From Camelus ferus (lineage: Eukaryota): a stretch of 64,000 nucleotides of DNA. Below the pieces are notes generated by a model. It worked only from the letters and a program-made list of their open reading frames with translations. It was not told where the DNA came from and did no database searches. Where the stretch lies: NCBI RefSeq assembly GCF_009834535.1, contig NC_045697.1, positions 2,048,001 to 2,112,000 on the forward strand. The letters run 5' to 3'. Shown here one piece after another: positions 47,870 to 59,988 of this stretch (positions are counted from its first letter, which is position 1; every line of letters starts with the position of its first letter). A program made the position numbers and the translations under genes.

Positions 47870-49050
47870 GGAAAGCTTTTACGATTTTCTGTTTCTCGCT
47901 GGTTTCCAGCAACTTAATGATGATGAGTCTTGGGCTGGTTTTACCGTCTGCCTGCTGTTTGGGGTGTGTTGGGGTCAGGCGTTGTTCACCCCCTCCCACT
48001 GCGGGAGCGTCTCTGCGAGGCACTGAGCCTTGTTCTTTTTGGCCTCTTTTCCCTCCGCGTACTTCGTGCTGCGTAGTTTGTTTTGCTCTGTCTTGAGGTT
48101 CACTGCTCTGCTCCTCTGCAGTGTTGTAGATGCTGCGAGCTCCATCCTGAGAACTGTCCATTCCAGAGATTTACTTGTGTCTCTAGCAGCCCCTTTGGAT
48201 CTTTTATAGCCTTCACTTCTGTCCTCATGTGTTCATGCTTTTCATTTAAAGTCTTGAGCATGTTTCCAGCAGCTCGAAGTGTCTTCAGGTCTGTCTGCTG
48301 ACTCATCCTTGCTGCCATTCCTGAGTCCATTCTGCTGACTGGTCTTTCTCCTAGTCATGAGTCACATTCTTCTGCATCTTCGCGTGGCTGGTGGCTTTCG
48401 ACTGGGTGCAGGACTTTGTCTTCCTTTGAAGAGTATGGGTTTGTTTTCACTGACAGCTAAGCTGCTTGTGGATTGCTTGATCCTTTTGAAGCTTGTTTTT
48501 AGGCTTTTTTCAGGGCAGGGCTAAAGCAGCTTTCACTGTAAGCTCGGTTAGTCCTATTCCTTAAGCCTGTGGGGCTTCGGGAGACCCCACGTGTGTGAAG
48601 GGCAGGTGTTCAGCAAGAACTGGTGGATCAGGAGTCTCCTGGCCCCGTGTGGGTCCTGGGAACTGTCCAGCTGCAGCTCCCAGCTGTTCTTGGCCAGGCC
48701 TCCTGGGTTGCACCCCGTGTGTGCACAACCTGAGATTCCTGCAGTCCTTTCTCCACTGGCACCTGCAAGTTCCAGCTACCCTCGCCTTGGCTAATGCTCA
48801 TCTCTGTCTTCTCAACTCAGTAGAAGGCTGTAACTGATTTGGGTTCCCCTTCTGGGTGCTGCGGTTTGTCAAGTGCCTCCTGGCAGGTGGCTGGGTGATC
48901 CGGGACTCACCTTGTTGATTTCTTTTCCATCAGGAATCAGAGTCCGATTTTTGAAAGCTGCTGCTTCATCTGTTTTGCCTGGTTTTATAGTAATATGTGG
49001 CAGGGGTGAAGTCTTGTCCCAGTTACCCCATTAGCCAGTCACAGATTTCT
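47870..49050 (-). mobile_element. Ancient L1 5' region / ORF1 remnant
   Basis: ORF 47865-48161 (-) contains KTSPRLIIIKLLETSEKQKIVKA, resembling ORF1p TPRHIIIKLLK. Confidence 0.7.
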
Positions 49051-50599
49051 TGTGATACAGTTTTTTTCACTGTAATTGTAGGATATGCTCTGTAAAATTC
49101 AGAACAAAGCTCAGGTCACAACACTCCCTTGCATGAAGAACTTCAGTGATTTCCCATTACCTGTAAGCTAAAAGCTGCATCGCAACCCAGAGAAGCCGGG
49201 CTCTCTCCCCCAGCCCTGGCCCCGGGACGCCCACTGCCCAGCTCAGCACCGAGCACACGGAAGCAGCCGTGATGACGCACACCGGCTCTGAAGCCCAGTG
49301 AGCTTCGACTGCCTTCACGTGCCCCTTCTGTTCTGGGAGAGGTTAGTGTTCAGTTGAAAAGTCACAGCATCAGAATGAACTAGAGAAATGAACAATGAGA
49401 TGGCACCCTGACTGTCCCAGAAACTCATCTACTGACTTCCTTGTGTGTCATGACTCAGCCTGTCTCCCGCCCACACGGTCCCTGGTTCCCTCCAGGAACC
49501 AGCATAGGGACCCCCCAGGGCCGGAGGAAGTGCCCCTCCCCTGATGGGAGGGGATCTGGGAGAGCTTGCCGCTTCAGGAGGGATGTCTGGCTTGTCCAGC
49601 ACCACGTAGGGAAACCCCAGAGGCATCGTTGCACGCTAGCTGACTGTTAAAGGTGAGCTTCCTCCGGGTGGGGGAGGCTGCGGTGCTGGTGCTGGTGGTA
49701 TCGACGGCGCCCAGCTGTGGGCAGGGGCTCCCGGGGCCGCGCACACATTCACTCCTGCCTCGCTGCAGCCCCGCGAGCAGGTGCAGCCCAGTCTGCAGGC
49801 GGGCAGCCTGGAGGTTGGCCAGGAGGCGGGGGGACCTGCCCCTCTTTGAGCCTCCACCACGGTCTGCTCCGGAAGACGGCTGTGTGTGTGGTTCCTGGTG
49901 GCCCGGGACGCTGGTCACTGTGCAGCTGCAGCCAGGAGGGTTCCTGTACCAGAGCAAATCTGGGCGACCCTTTCTCTGGATTCCCAGGTGCTGAAAAGCT
50001 TTCATGGGACGTTGTGAGAGCAGCCACATCTGACAGTCCTGACACCACTCACTGTTTCCCCAGTGAGCTCACATCAGTCGAGCTCCAGGTCACTGACATC
50101 AACGGTGAGTGGGCTTCCAGAGCTGACCGTGAGGAGGTGGCTGGAATACGGGGAGGCCGGTGCCGGCCCAGGCTGGGCTTGGCCGTGCTCCCTGTGTGGC
50201 CCTGCTGGTGGCGGGAGGTGGAGGTGAGGACAGTGGAGCCCGTGCCCCGTGCCAGCTCTGCTCCAGACTCGGTGCCTCCACTCTCAGGCCTGTGCTCTTC
50301 AGGGTCGGTCACCCACCCACCCTCGGACAGGTCCATGTGTGCACGGTGCCCCGCCTGCCAGCCCATGGGCAGCTTGGGACACATGGCACAGGATGCCCTC
50401 ACTTGTGACAGGCCCCCCTGCTTCCTGGTGACAAGCCCCCAGATGCCGCGGTGACCAGTTTGAATATATCAAATGGAGATAACAGATCTAGAAAGAAATG
50501 TAGCTAACAACCGTATAATTAAATACTTAATTACCCCAAATTACATTTGACACGAAACCATGCTAATTTAGAAAGGCTGCTCCTTTCTTCTGCTCACGT

Positions 50600-52160
50600 T
50601 TCATGATACAATTTATTCAAACACTTGAGATGCATCGTGATAGAACTGTTCTTCAAGTAATGAGTACTTTTTCTTGGAGAACAACCGACACGTGGGAAGC
50701 TCACGCCATCTGTGTGTGGCCTCAGGAATTTTCCTACGGCCCACACCCGTGTCACCGGCCCCTACTAGCCCTGCCGCCCGAGCTGACCACCAGCCTGACC
50801 GCTGACACTCTCATGAGTTTTGTCTGCAAAGGGGACTCTGCAGAAGGGATCTGCACCCCATGTACGCCAAGCGTCTGCGTTGGGTGCCACGTGGCGCTGG
50901 TATGTGAGTCTCGTGCTACATGTGGAGTGTGGTGCCTGCTTTCCCCCCTGCTCCCGTGTCCACCCTACTGTTGGTGATATTTGCAGTCACAGTGGTGGAC
51001 ACCTGCACCCAGTCCTGTTGTGGCAGGCTGGGTCATGGTGTTTCCTGGGCACACTGAGCTGCAGTGACTCTGGCCGGGGCCCCGGCACAGTCCCCCAGTG
51101 GACACACCGGCCAGCAGTGCCCGAGAGCTCTGGCCACCACGTCGCTGGCATGTCCTGCCGTCTGTTTTCAGTTCACTGCTGGGGAGGTGGGTGGGCCCTG
51201 GGTTCTGGTTTTAGTGTGCGGTTCCCTGGTGGCTGGTGGGTTGAACACCTTTTGTGTGATTTGGCCACTTGAGTGTCCCCTTCTGAGAAGTGTCTTCACG
51301 AGACTTGCCTGTTTTCCTATCAGAGCATCTACTTTCCATATTGATTTGTAGAACATTTTCAAAATATATCCTGGAGATGATTCTTGCATTGGGTTTGTGT
51401 GTTCAGGTGAGCCTCTGCAGCTTACCTGGTCATTCTCTTCGCAGTGAATTTTGATGACCAAAAGTTTTTAATCTTAATCTCATCCAGTGTATCATTTGCT
51501 CTTTCTGGGGATGCTTTTTATGTCCCCTTAGAGCAGGCGTTGCCCTTCCCAGGATCATGCAGGTAAAACCGTCATTGTTTTATCTTTCGCACTGAGACCT
51601 CTGACCATCTGGAACTGATGTTTTTTAATATGATGTGAGTTAGGGGACAGGATTCATTTTCCCCCCGAGACCCAGTTGACCCAGCTTCATTTGTTGAAAA
51701 GATGATCCTTTCCTCACTGAACTGAAGCAGCACCTTTATCAGGTAATCATATATTTGCAGGTCTGTCTTCGTTCCACTGGTCTCTGTCATTGGATCAGCA
51801 CCTTGTGTCGCAATGACTGTTGCTTTGTGGTGCGTTTAGAGATCCGGCACTGTGGGCTCAGGGTTGCTTTGGTTATTCCAGGCCTTTTGTGTTTTCTTAT
51901 ACATTTGGCAGCCAGTGTGTAGGTCGCTGGCAGCTCCAGAGTCGTCTTCACTTCTGTCTGAGCTGGTCGAGAGACGGCACTCCAGGAATCCCGTGTGGTG
52001 CTTTCGCTGGAAATGGCAGCACGAGGCCCACACGGCCGCTGACGTGAGGACAGTTGGGGTTTACTTGTTTTGTAGCTGTGCCTTCGTGGTCTTCATTATG
52101 TAGCCACTTACTGTCCTGCTGTCTGAAAATCTTGAGGTCATTTCCCCAGGAATAAGCACT
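50600..52160 (-). mobile_element. Ancient L1 (L1ME-like) 3' region
   Basis: ccatctggaactgatgtttttt..., catttgttgaaaaga, ttggttattccaggccttttg. Confidence 0.65.
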
Positions 52161-52989
52161 AAATCTGGCTTGGTTTGTTTGCCTTTAAAAAAAAGCCACT
52201 TCTTTTAGCTGACTGACCTTCGTAAGTGTCTAAAATGAGCATTAATTGAGACTATTTCAGGCTAACGTGTCACCTTCACATGGACTCCATTGTCCAAAGA
52301 AGGGGAGGTGGAAGCTTGCGACGTCCCAGACTTTGCCGCCAGGTGCCCTGTCACATCGGCCAGGCCGCACCTTCTCTGGGTGTTGGCGGGTTATGGCAGG
52401 ATGCGCTTCTGGGAGTGATGGTGGAGGCAGGAGCTGGGCCGCAGGGCCTGGTCCGGCCAGAGGCCCCACGTCAGAACGGAGCTGAGCCCCGGGAGGTGAG
52501 CTGAGGTTAAGCCTGCTGTGTTCTTGAGGGCGAGAGGGGCCAGGAGAACGCTGAGGAGGACCAGCCGCGGTAGCGGGGACCTGGAGGGAAAGGCCACGTG
52601 CCCGTGAGGCCAGCGAGGACCCCGGACCCACCTCATCGGGACGGCGACCTTAGCGTTGGCAGGGATGGGAGGGAGCAGGGCGAGGAGAAGCAGAAACAGG
52701 GCAGTGACAAGGGGCCTGTGGCCTGGAGATGTCGTGTGGGGAGCTGGGAGAGTGAGTGAGGATGCGGAGATGCAGCTGGGCCAGAGTGTGAGCTTGAGGG
52801 CCGTCTGTCCATCAGTGAGCCTGATGCCTCGGGACACCTGTCATCAGGGACCGTGCAGCAGGGGTGCGTCCGGGACCTGCGAGAGGACTGGGAACTGGAA
52901 GGCAGCTGGAGGCGAGGCGGGAGGCGAGTCCCGCCTCTGCTGCCAGCCGGCTGCCTGTATTCTCTGTCCTGTGAACAGGCACTAGGCCC

Positions 52990-53110
52990 CATCTTTAAGA
53001 CTTACTGTGAGAATTAGCTAAACCAGCGTGTGTGATGCACCTAGAACCTGGCACAGGATAAAGAGTCACACAAATGATACCGCTGTTATGGTTAGTGCTA
53101 TTATTGCTGC
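52990..53110 (+). mobile_element. MIR 3' fragment
   Basis: tgtgagaattag...gcacctagaacctggcacag...tattattg resembles the MIR 3' end. Confidence 0.5.
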
Positions 53111-53279
53111 TCTAACTGCATTTCCAATATAGCTGAATACCGGGGGTGGACCAGATTGCCTAGAAGGGCTGAGCAGGTAGAGAAGAGAGCCCAGAACAGG
53201 TCCTGAAGAAGACTATGGGATCAATGGGCGAGAAGGAGCATCCGAGGAGAAAAACTCTCCATTCAGGTTGTTTAAAACT

Positions 53280-55900
53280 CAATTTTAAAACTAAATTGAG
53301 AGGGAGATTGAAAAAAAATTAAGTGAAATTATTTTCTGAGGTAGATACTAAGAAAAAGAAAACTCATATGGCAATATTAACATCAGATAAAATTATTCAA
53401 AGTGAAAAAAACAATAAAAAAAAGAACAAAGAAGGCAGTGTGCACCAAAAATACAGCCTCCCAATTATAAAGTAAAATTAGATGAACCTACAATAAAAGT
53501 GGACAGATACCCTAAGGGAAAAAGTATAATATACTTTTTTCAGAAACTAAGACATTAAGCTGATTAAAAAAAAGAATAGGATCATAGAGTATTTGAATTA
53601 CAAAACAGACAACTTAAATCTAATATATATATGTGATGTACTTATCATATATATGTAATTTTACGATCGGCAGAGAATACACTGTTTCCCCCCAAAGCTG
53701 CATGGAGTAGTTACCGAATTTGAATTTCAGGAGTGCATTTGCTACAAATTAAAAATACATTTATAGCATACAGATCACATCTACTAACAGCAGTGTAATT
53801 AAATAGAAGTCAGTCACAAAAAGATAATAAGAAGTAATTCACACTTTTGAAAATTTAAAACTGTATTTCTGAATAATCCATTGGCCAAAGAGAAGATGAA
53901 AATGGAAATTATAATACAACCTAGAACTGTTTAACAGTTATACTGTTATACACATTAACACATATGGTATATAGTCAAGGCGGAAAAAATTTGTAGTGTT
54001 ATATGTATATATTATAAAAAAGAAAAGTTGGAAAATATAGGAAATAAGTTTTCAACATAAGAAGGTGGGGAAAAACAACAAAATAAATGCAAATTAATGT
54101 TAAATAATAAGGATAAAGCAGAAATTAACAAAATAGAAAACAAAACCAAAAATATATAGTTGATTAATAAAACCAAAAAATGAGTCTTTAGCAAGTATAA
54201 TCAAGAAAAAGAGAGAAAAGATAAAGATAACATCAAGAATGAAGAAGAAAGAAGGCGATGATACCAAAGATGACAGAGAAGTAAAGTTATAAGTAAATTC
54301 TATGAATAGCTTTATACTAATACATCTGATTACGAGATCAATTGGACAATGATTAGGAAAATACAGGTGGCCTGAAAAGAAAAAGAAACTTTGGTTAGAT
54401 AAATCAACATAAGCAAAAATGATATGGAAGTCAAAGATTTACACCTCAAAAGGCAACATGCCCAAACCAATGTATAGGTGAGTATATCGGTCAACTTAAG
54501 ACAAATAATGTTGCAATAACAAATAATCCCAAAATCTTAATGGCTTTAAAAAAGCCGAATTTCTTTCTTATTTACATTACATGCGTATCACAATTTGGCT
54601 TTGTTTTGTTCTGCGTGTTTTCACCCCAAGAGCCAGACAGTTCCTCTGTGGGACGCTGTGGGTCTTCGGCGGAGGGAAGACATGACAGACCCAGGCAGTT
54701 CTCCCCCTGCAGTGACGCGTTATGCGCTTTTACATTCACTGGCTGAAGCGCTTCACAGGGTCAAGCCTGATGTCACTGTTGAGGGCGTGGATAACCCTCC
54801 CACAGGGAGGGGCAACAAGTATTTTGAACGTAACATGGTCCGTCACATGGGCGTAGAAGATGGGAAGCTACACAGCTCATTTTGCAGAATCAGCATAACC
54901 TTGACACCCAAACTGGACAAGGACAGCACAAAAGTAAACTATTGGTCAGTTTAACTTATGAACAAATATGGAAACTTCCAAAATAAAATTTTAGCAAATT
55001 GAATCCAGCACTGTTTTTTCTTAACACATCCTTATGAAGTGAGACTTATTCAAGGAATGCAAGGATAGTTCAACATTAGAGAATTTTCCCCTCAAGTCAC
55101 CATTCATTTGTTCAACAATTATTTTTTTGAGCTTCTACTTTCTTCTAAAAACTGTTCTGTGCAATGGGGATACATTGGTGAACAAAACAAAGTCCCTGCC
55201 TTCATGAGGCTTACATTATAGTAAAGGAATGTCATAGGTACATAAGCAGGTTGGGTATATTAATAGATTAAAAGAGTACATCTATATGATTATCATAATG
55301 AGACTAAAGGAGATTCTGATGAAATTAAGTACCTATTCCATTTTTTAGTTGAAGTATAGTTTATGTACAGTAGTAGTAATTTATAGGTTACAGGTGTACA
55401 GTATACTGATACACAATATTTAAAGGCTATACTCCACTTATAGTTATTATAAAATATTGGCTATATTCCCTGTGTTGTACAGTATATCCTTGTAGCGTAT
55501 TTTATACATAATAGTTTGTACCTCTTAATCCTCTAACCCTGTCTTGCCCCTCCCCATTCCCTCGTCTCCCTAGAGACTATTAGTTTGTTCTCTGTATCTG
55601 TGAGTCTGCTTCTACCCGTTCCACTTTTTTTTCAAGTTATACTTAATAGTCAAGCATTAGAAACGTTCCCATTAGAGCGAGGAACAAGACAAAGAAGTTC
55701 TGTATCTTAGCAACTGTTTAACATCATATTGGAGATTCTGGCCAACACTATAAGGCAAGAAAAGAAAATAAATTTTAAATCATCTAGCTAGAAACCCCAC
55801 AGCATACCAGTCACTCGGCTGAGCCTGGCTTTTACAACTAATGAAGTTCAGGAAGATAAAAAGTAGTAGCTTTCCTAAACAATTGTTTTGATGGGAACAT
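53280..55900 (+). mobile_element. AT-rich old L1 ORF2 remnant with nested insertions (MLT1-like LTR about 54485-54840, L2 tail about 55100-55225, younger L1 3' end about 55345-55612)
   Basis: ORF2 motifs: cagcataaccttgacacccaaactggacaagg, aaattttagcaaattgaatccagc, caaggaatgcaaggatagttcaacatt. The nested L1 is flanked by TACC(TA/CG)TTCCA at 55330 and 55613. Confidence 0.75.
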
Positions 55901-56714
55901 CCTGGTAAAAGAATTAAAAATTAGGATCAACACCACATTAATAAGATGGGTTTTCTCTGGGGAGAGGAGATAGGACCAGGATTTTAGGTAATGATCTATA
56001 GGGATTTTAGATTTGTGTTTAAATTTTTAAAGGAGACAATATTTCATGAATTGTGCATTAAAGCTGCAAGACATATATAATTTGAAGTTATACACCTTTT
56101 CAGCCTGTGCCATTTCATTAACTTGTATTTGGAACGCACGATTTATTTATGCAGCCAGTATTATTGAACGCATCCCATGCGCCTGGTACTGCTCATCACA
56201 GTGTTCCTGTGATGCCAGTATATGGTTGCTACCACAGCTCTATGGAAAGGCGCAGTGACTTGCCGAGGAGCGGCGTTCTCGCAGTATCCCTGTGGCGTTC
56301 GTACACGGCTATCACTGCAGCATTACAGATGAGTGAGGGCCTCGCCCAGCTAGGATGAGTGGGGCCGATTCAGCCAGGCGTTGTGACTCTGGAACCCGCA
56401 CCGTGAACCACCACACCTGCCACACCTGTGCCAGAGAGAGGTGGGCTAGAGGCTCCGGCTCCTAGGACAGAGCTTGCCCCGGAGTAGACCTTCAACCGAT
56501 ATCTGTTGAAAAATGAGAATGAGAGGGTGAGCCTGCTTACTTCTCCCTCATCTTAACGTCCCCATCCAGTCTTAGGAAGAGGACAGAGAATGGTTGGCTT
56601 CGCTGGTGCAGTGGAGCCCTGATCATCTGCTTATTCCACAGAAGAGTCAGGCCTGACAGATCCCCAGGGGAAGCTGAGGGGGAGAGGGCAGTCCTGCCAA
56701 ATGGGGACCTCAGC

Positions 56715-57155
56715 CTTTTTTAATTTTAATTTTAATCTTTGCACCATGTAAAGTTTTTTTCAGTCTGAAACTATATCAACCTTTCAAAAATTGCAGCTGG
56801 AGTACAAAGAACTTTTCCTATACCATTTGAGATTGAGTTGCTGATATGATACCCTTACCATCCCTGAACACTTTATAGAGTGTATTTCCTACAAATGCAT
56901 ATGTTTCCCAACAGCCACAATGCAGCCAGCAAAATGAGGGAATTAACACCCACACAGCATTACCGTCTTGTCCACACTCTATTCGTCTTCATAGTAAATG
57001 GATCCAGCTCAGGGTTACATTTTGCTTTTACTTGTCATGGTTCTTTGGTCTCCTTCAATAGAACAGCTCTTCCTTCTTCCCTTGCTTTTCACATTTATGC
57101 CACTTTTGAAGATTGCAGACCAGTTAATCCGTAGATGGTACTTCAATTTGGGTCA
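56715..57155 (-). mobile_element. L1MC4-like 3' end
   Basis: ccatttgagattgagttgctgatatgatacccttacc...gtgtatttcctacaaa. Confidence 0.6.
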
Positions 57156-57471
57156 CCTCAGCCTTTAGCCCCATCCACTGGAGACAGACCAGTGGTGGCA
57201 GGCCCCGCCCACTGGAGGCAGACCAATGGCAAGGGCTTTGGGAGCCTCCCCCATCAGCACCCCTCCTGCAGGAGGAGCAGGTGAGCTGGGGCTGAGGACC
57301 TCCACGGAACAGGAACCAGCCTGAGGACTAGATTTTTTGGAGCCCAGTCTGGGACAAATGACCTTTTAAATTTGATTGCTTTATTTGAAATTCATGTGAA
57401 AGACACAAATATTACGTTTGTTTAGTTTTACATCTAACAAACTATCTTCAATATTAAAATTATGTAAAGTC

Positions 57472-57628
57472 AGGGATGGGGAGGGTAGGGGGTATAGCTC
57501 AGTGGTACAGCATGCGCTTGGTGTGTGTGAGATCCTGGGTTCAATCCCCAGTGCCTCTGTTAAGAGGAAGAAGAAAATTTTTAATAAAAAATAAATTTTA
57601 AAAAGAAAAAAGAAAAAAAAAAAAGGAA
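57472..57628 (+). mobile_element. Vic-1-type tRNA-derived SINE
   Basis: ggtatagctcagtggtacag A box, gggttcaatccc B box, A tail. Diverged TSD AAAATTATGTAAAGT (57456) / AAAATTACGCGAAGT (57629). Confidence 0.9.
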
Positions 57629-57937
57629 AAAATTACGCGAAGTTGTAACTGTCCCAGAATCCCAGCCTTGTGAATGCCATAGCTAAAAAGTTGCAGTTGA
57701 CCCCTGACATGTAAAGTAAGTCTTCCTTTGTCTCAGGGGCACCTCTTTTTCACTGACAGGAGCGGCCTTTCAGGGCCATCCCTGAGGAAGGAGGTGCCCG
57801 CCCCGTGCGTCCTTGACGACCTCGTGCCCTTGATCCTTTCCTTCCCTGCTGGCCAGCCCGCCAGCGCCTGTCCTGCGGGGGGTCTCCACCGCACGGCCTC
57901 AGGATGGGCGTGGGGCTCCGAGCTGTAGCTTTCCTGC

Positions 57938-57968
57938 GTGGGCCGTGGGCCGTGGGCCGTGGGCGTGG
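57938..57968 (+). repeat. (GTGGGCC)n tandem repeat, canonical G-quadruplex motif
   Basis: About four 7-nt units seen directly. Confidence 0.85.
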
Positions 57969-59729
57969 TTATAGCACCGGTGTCGAGTCTTCCTTGTGGA
58001 GTGCCGCGTTTGTGGTGCTCGGGTCCTGCTTGAGCGGTGACCTCCTGACAGGGACGGGCCACAGCTAGCCAGGCCACCGCTGGAGGGGCCGCACCTCACG
58101 TGTGGCCTCGGTACCAGAAGTAGAGTGTCTTCATAAAGTGCGTGCATTCTAGTCACTGCTGTGAGATACTCCAGTTTCACAAAGGGATGGTGAGCGAATA
58201 ATGTAAATGTTTTCATTCAAATCAGCATAATAAATGAAGTTGATTAGGACTGTCTTTGAAAAGTGTCCTGTGTCCCTGTTTGGTGAGCCCTGGAGGCTCC
58301 CTGTGGCCAGTTAGCGGGCCAGCCACTTGTGGTCAGTTGCTAGCACTGCGCTGAAGTCCTGAACACTCCGTGTGACGAGTGACAGCACCCTCTCCGCTTG
58401 TCGCCTCACACCTCCCACACCGGCCCTTTTCGGCTGCTGTGCCGCCCGCTCACGCGGCCCCGTGGGTTCTTCCAGCACCCCCCCATCTGCTTGGCATTTC
58501 CGTCTCCAGAAGGACTTGTGTCATTTCAGACACAGCAGTCTGTTGTGCTGTGCTCTGCCAGAGCAGTTATAAACGGGCCTTTCTCAGCGTTCAGATTTGT
58601 TCTGGCCCAGGGACGTGTGCGGAGGGCTGCCGCCGCCGAGGGCTGTTCCGTGGGTGTGAGGAGTTTGCCTCTCCCAGGGCAGGTACGGTGACATGGGTTC
58701 ACCCCGCGGAGCATGTGGACGCAGTCTCAGCACCATCACCGACTAAGCCCGGGCGGGTCACTGAAGGTCTTCACACTTTGGCAACTTCCTTTGTAAAATG
58801 GGCTGATGGAAGTAGATCAATAGTTCGTGCTTCTCAGACTCTGTGCTGAGAAGGTGCTGTTTGGCTCCAAAAACAGTTCATTCTAATTATCAGAGGTCTC
58901 TGTGTTTAGTGGCAGATGTTTCCTTAAGGAGGAGCTGGGCCAGCCTGCCCGAGGCTCTGCCAGGTCAAGCAGAATGCGGCCCGAGGTCTGTCCCCACCTG
59001 TCTTGTCTGTGCCCTCCTTCTTCCCAGCCAGCCCGGCTCACTCACAGGGATTCCATATGCGATTTCTTTGAGGAAAAAGGTCGTGCTGCTTTGAATTTGT
59101 AGACCGTGCCAGGCCTGCGGCTGGGGAATGAAGTGAGTGCTCTCAGGGCGGCTGCTGTGTGGTGGGGCAGTGATCAGCGGGCTGGGAGCCGCACAGGATG
59201 AGGATGAAGCCGGGGTGGGAAGAGAAGGCGGCAGCGGGGGGTGGGGGTGAGGGGTGGGTGGGGGCGGGCCGTGGGCCACGCAGCCCTCCCTGTGCCACCA
59301 GCTTCCAAGGCAGAACTCGGGCAAGTCCCAGAATTCTAAATTCAAACCTGGCCTCCGAGTTTGTTTGAAGGGAGAAGAAAGTATACCTTATTTATCTGTG
59401 TGTTAGCTTCTTTGAAGTTTTTTCAATATTTAGATACATGGTATATAAAGGTCTTCACTTGTACTCTCGCCCCAACCCTGCAATTGTTAATTTCTCCCCA
59501 AAAGAGAAAAACCAAGGCGTGAGGCTTTTCAGGCCCGTGCAGCCTATCACGTCATGTCACCCAGGGCCAGAATGACATCATGGGGCCTGAGTCTCCACCT
59601 GGGTTTCCCCTAGAACTGAATTATGCCACTGTGGTGACCTCATGGCAGGTGTTCTCAAGGCCTGGTCAGTTTGAAGGGTGGATCAGTTCACCTGGGGACC
59701 AGTTCACTCGTCACTTCCCCCAGCTTTGG

Positions 59730-59988
59730 TAGCTGTGCTGTGGTTACAAAGAAATACACACTGGACTCTTCAGGGACAAAGAGGGGCGCTCTCTCCAACT
59801 TAATGCAACAGTCGGGAAGAGCAAGTGGGTGTGTGTTCAGAGAAGGAGATGGGGGAGGGGGAGAGGAGAGGAGAGGCCAGCGAATCGGGCGAGAGAGGCA
59901 CTCAGGGAATCCGGGTGGAGGGCATATGGGGGCTCCTTTTACTACCATGTCACTTTCTATAAGTTTGAAATTAAATCAGAATAAAAGC
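59730..59988 (+). mobile_element. Ancient L1 (L1ME-like) 3' terminus
   Basis: gggtggagggcatatggggg...tttctataagtttgaaattaaatcagaataaaa. Confidence 0.55.
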
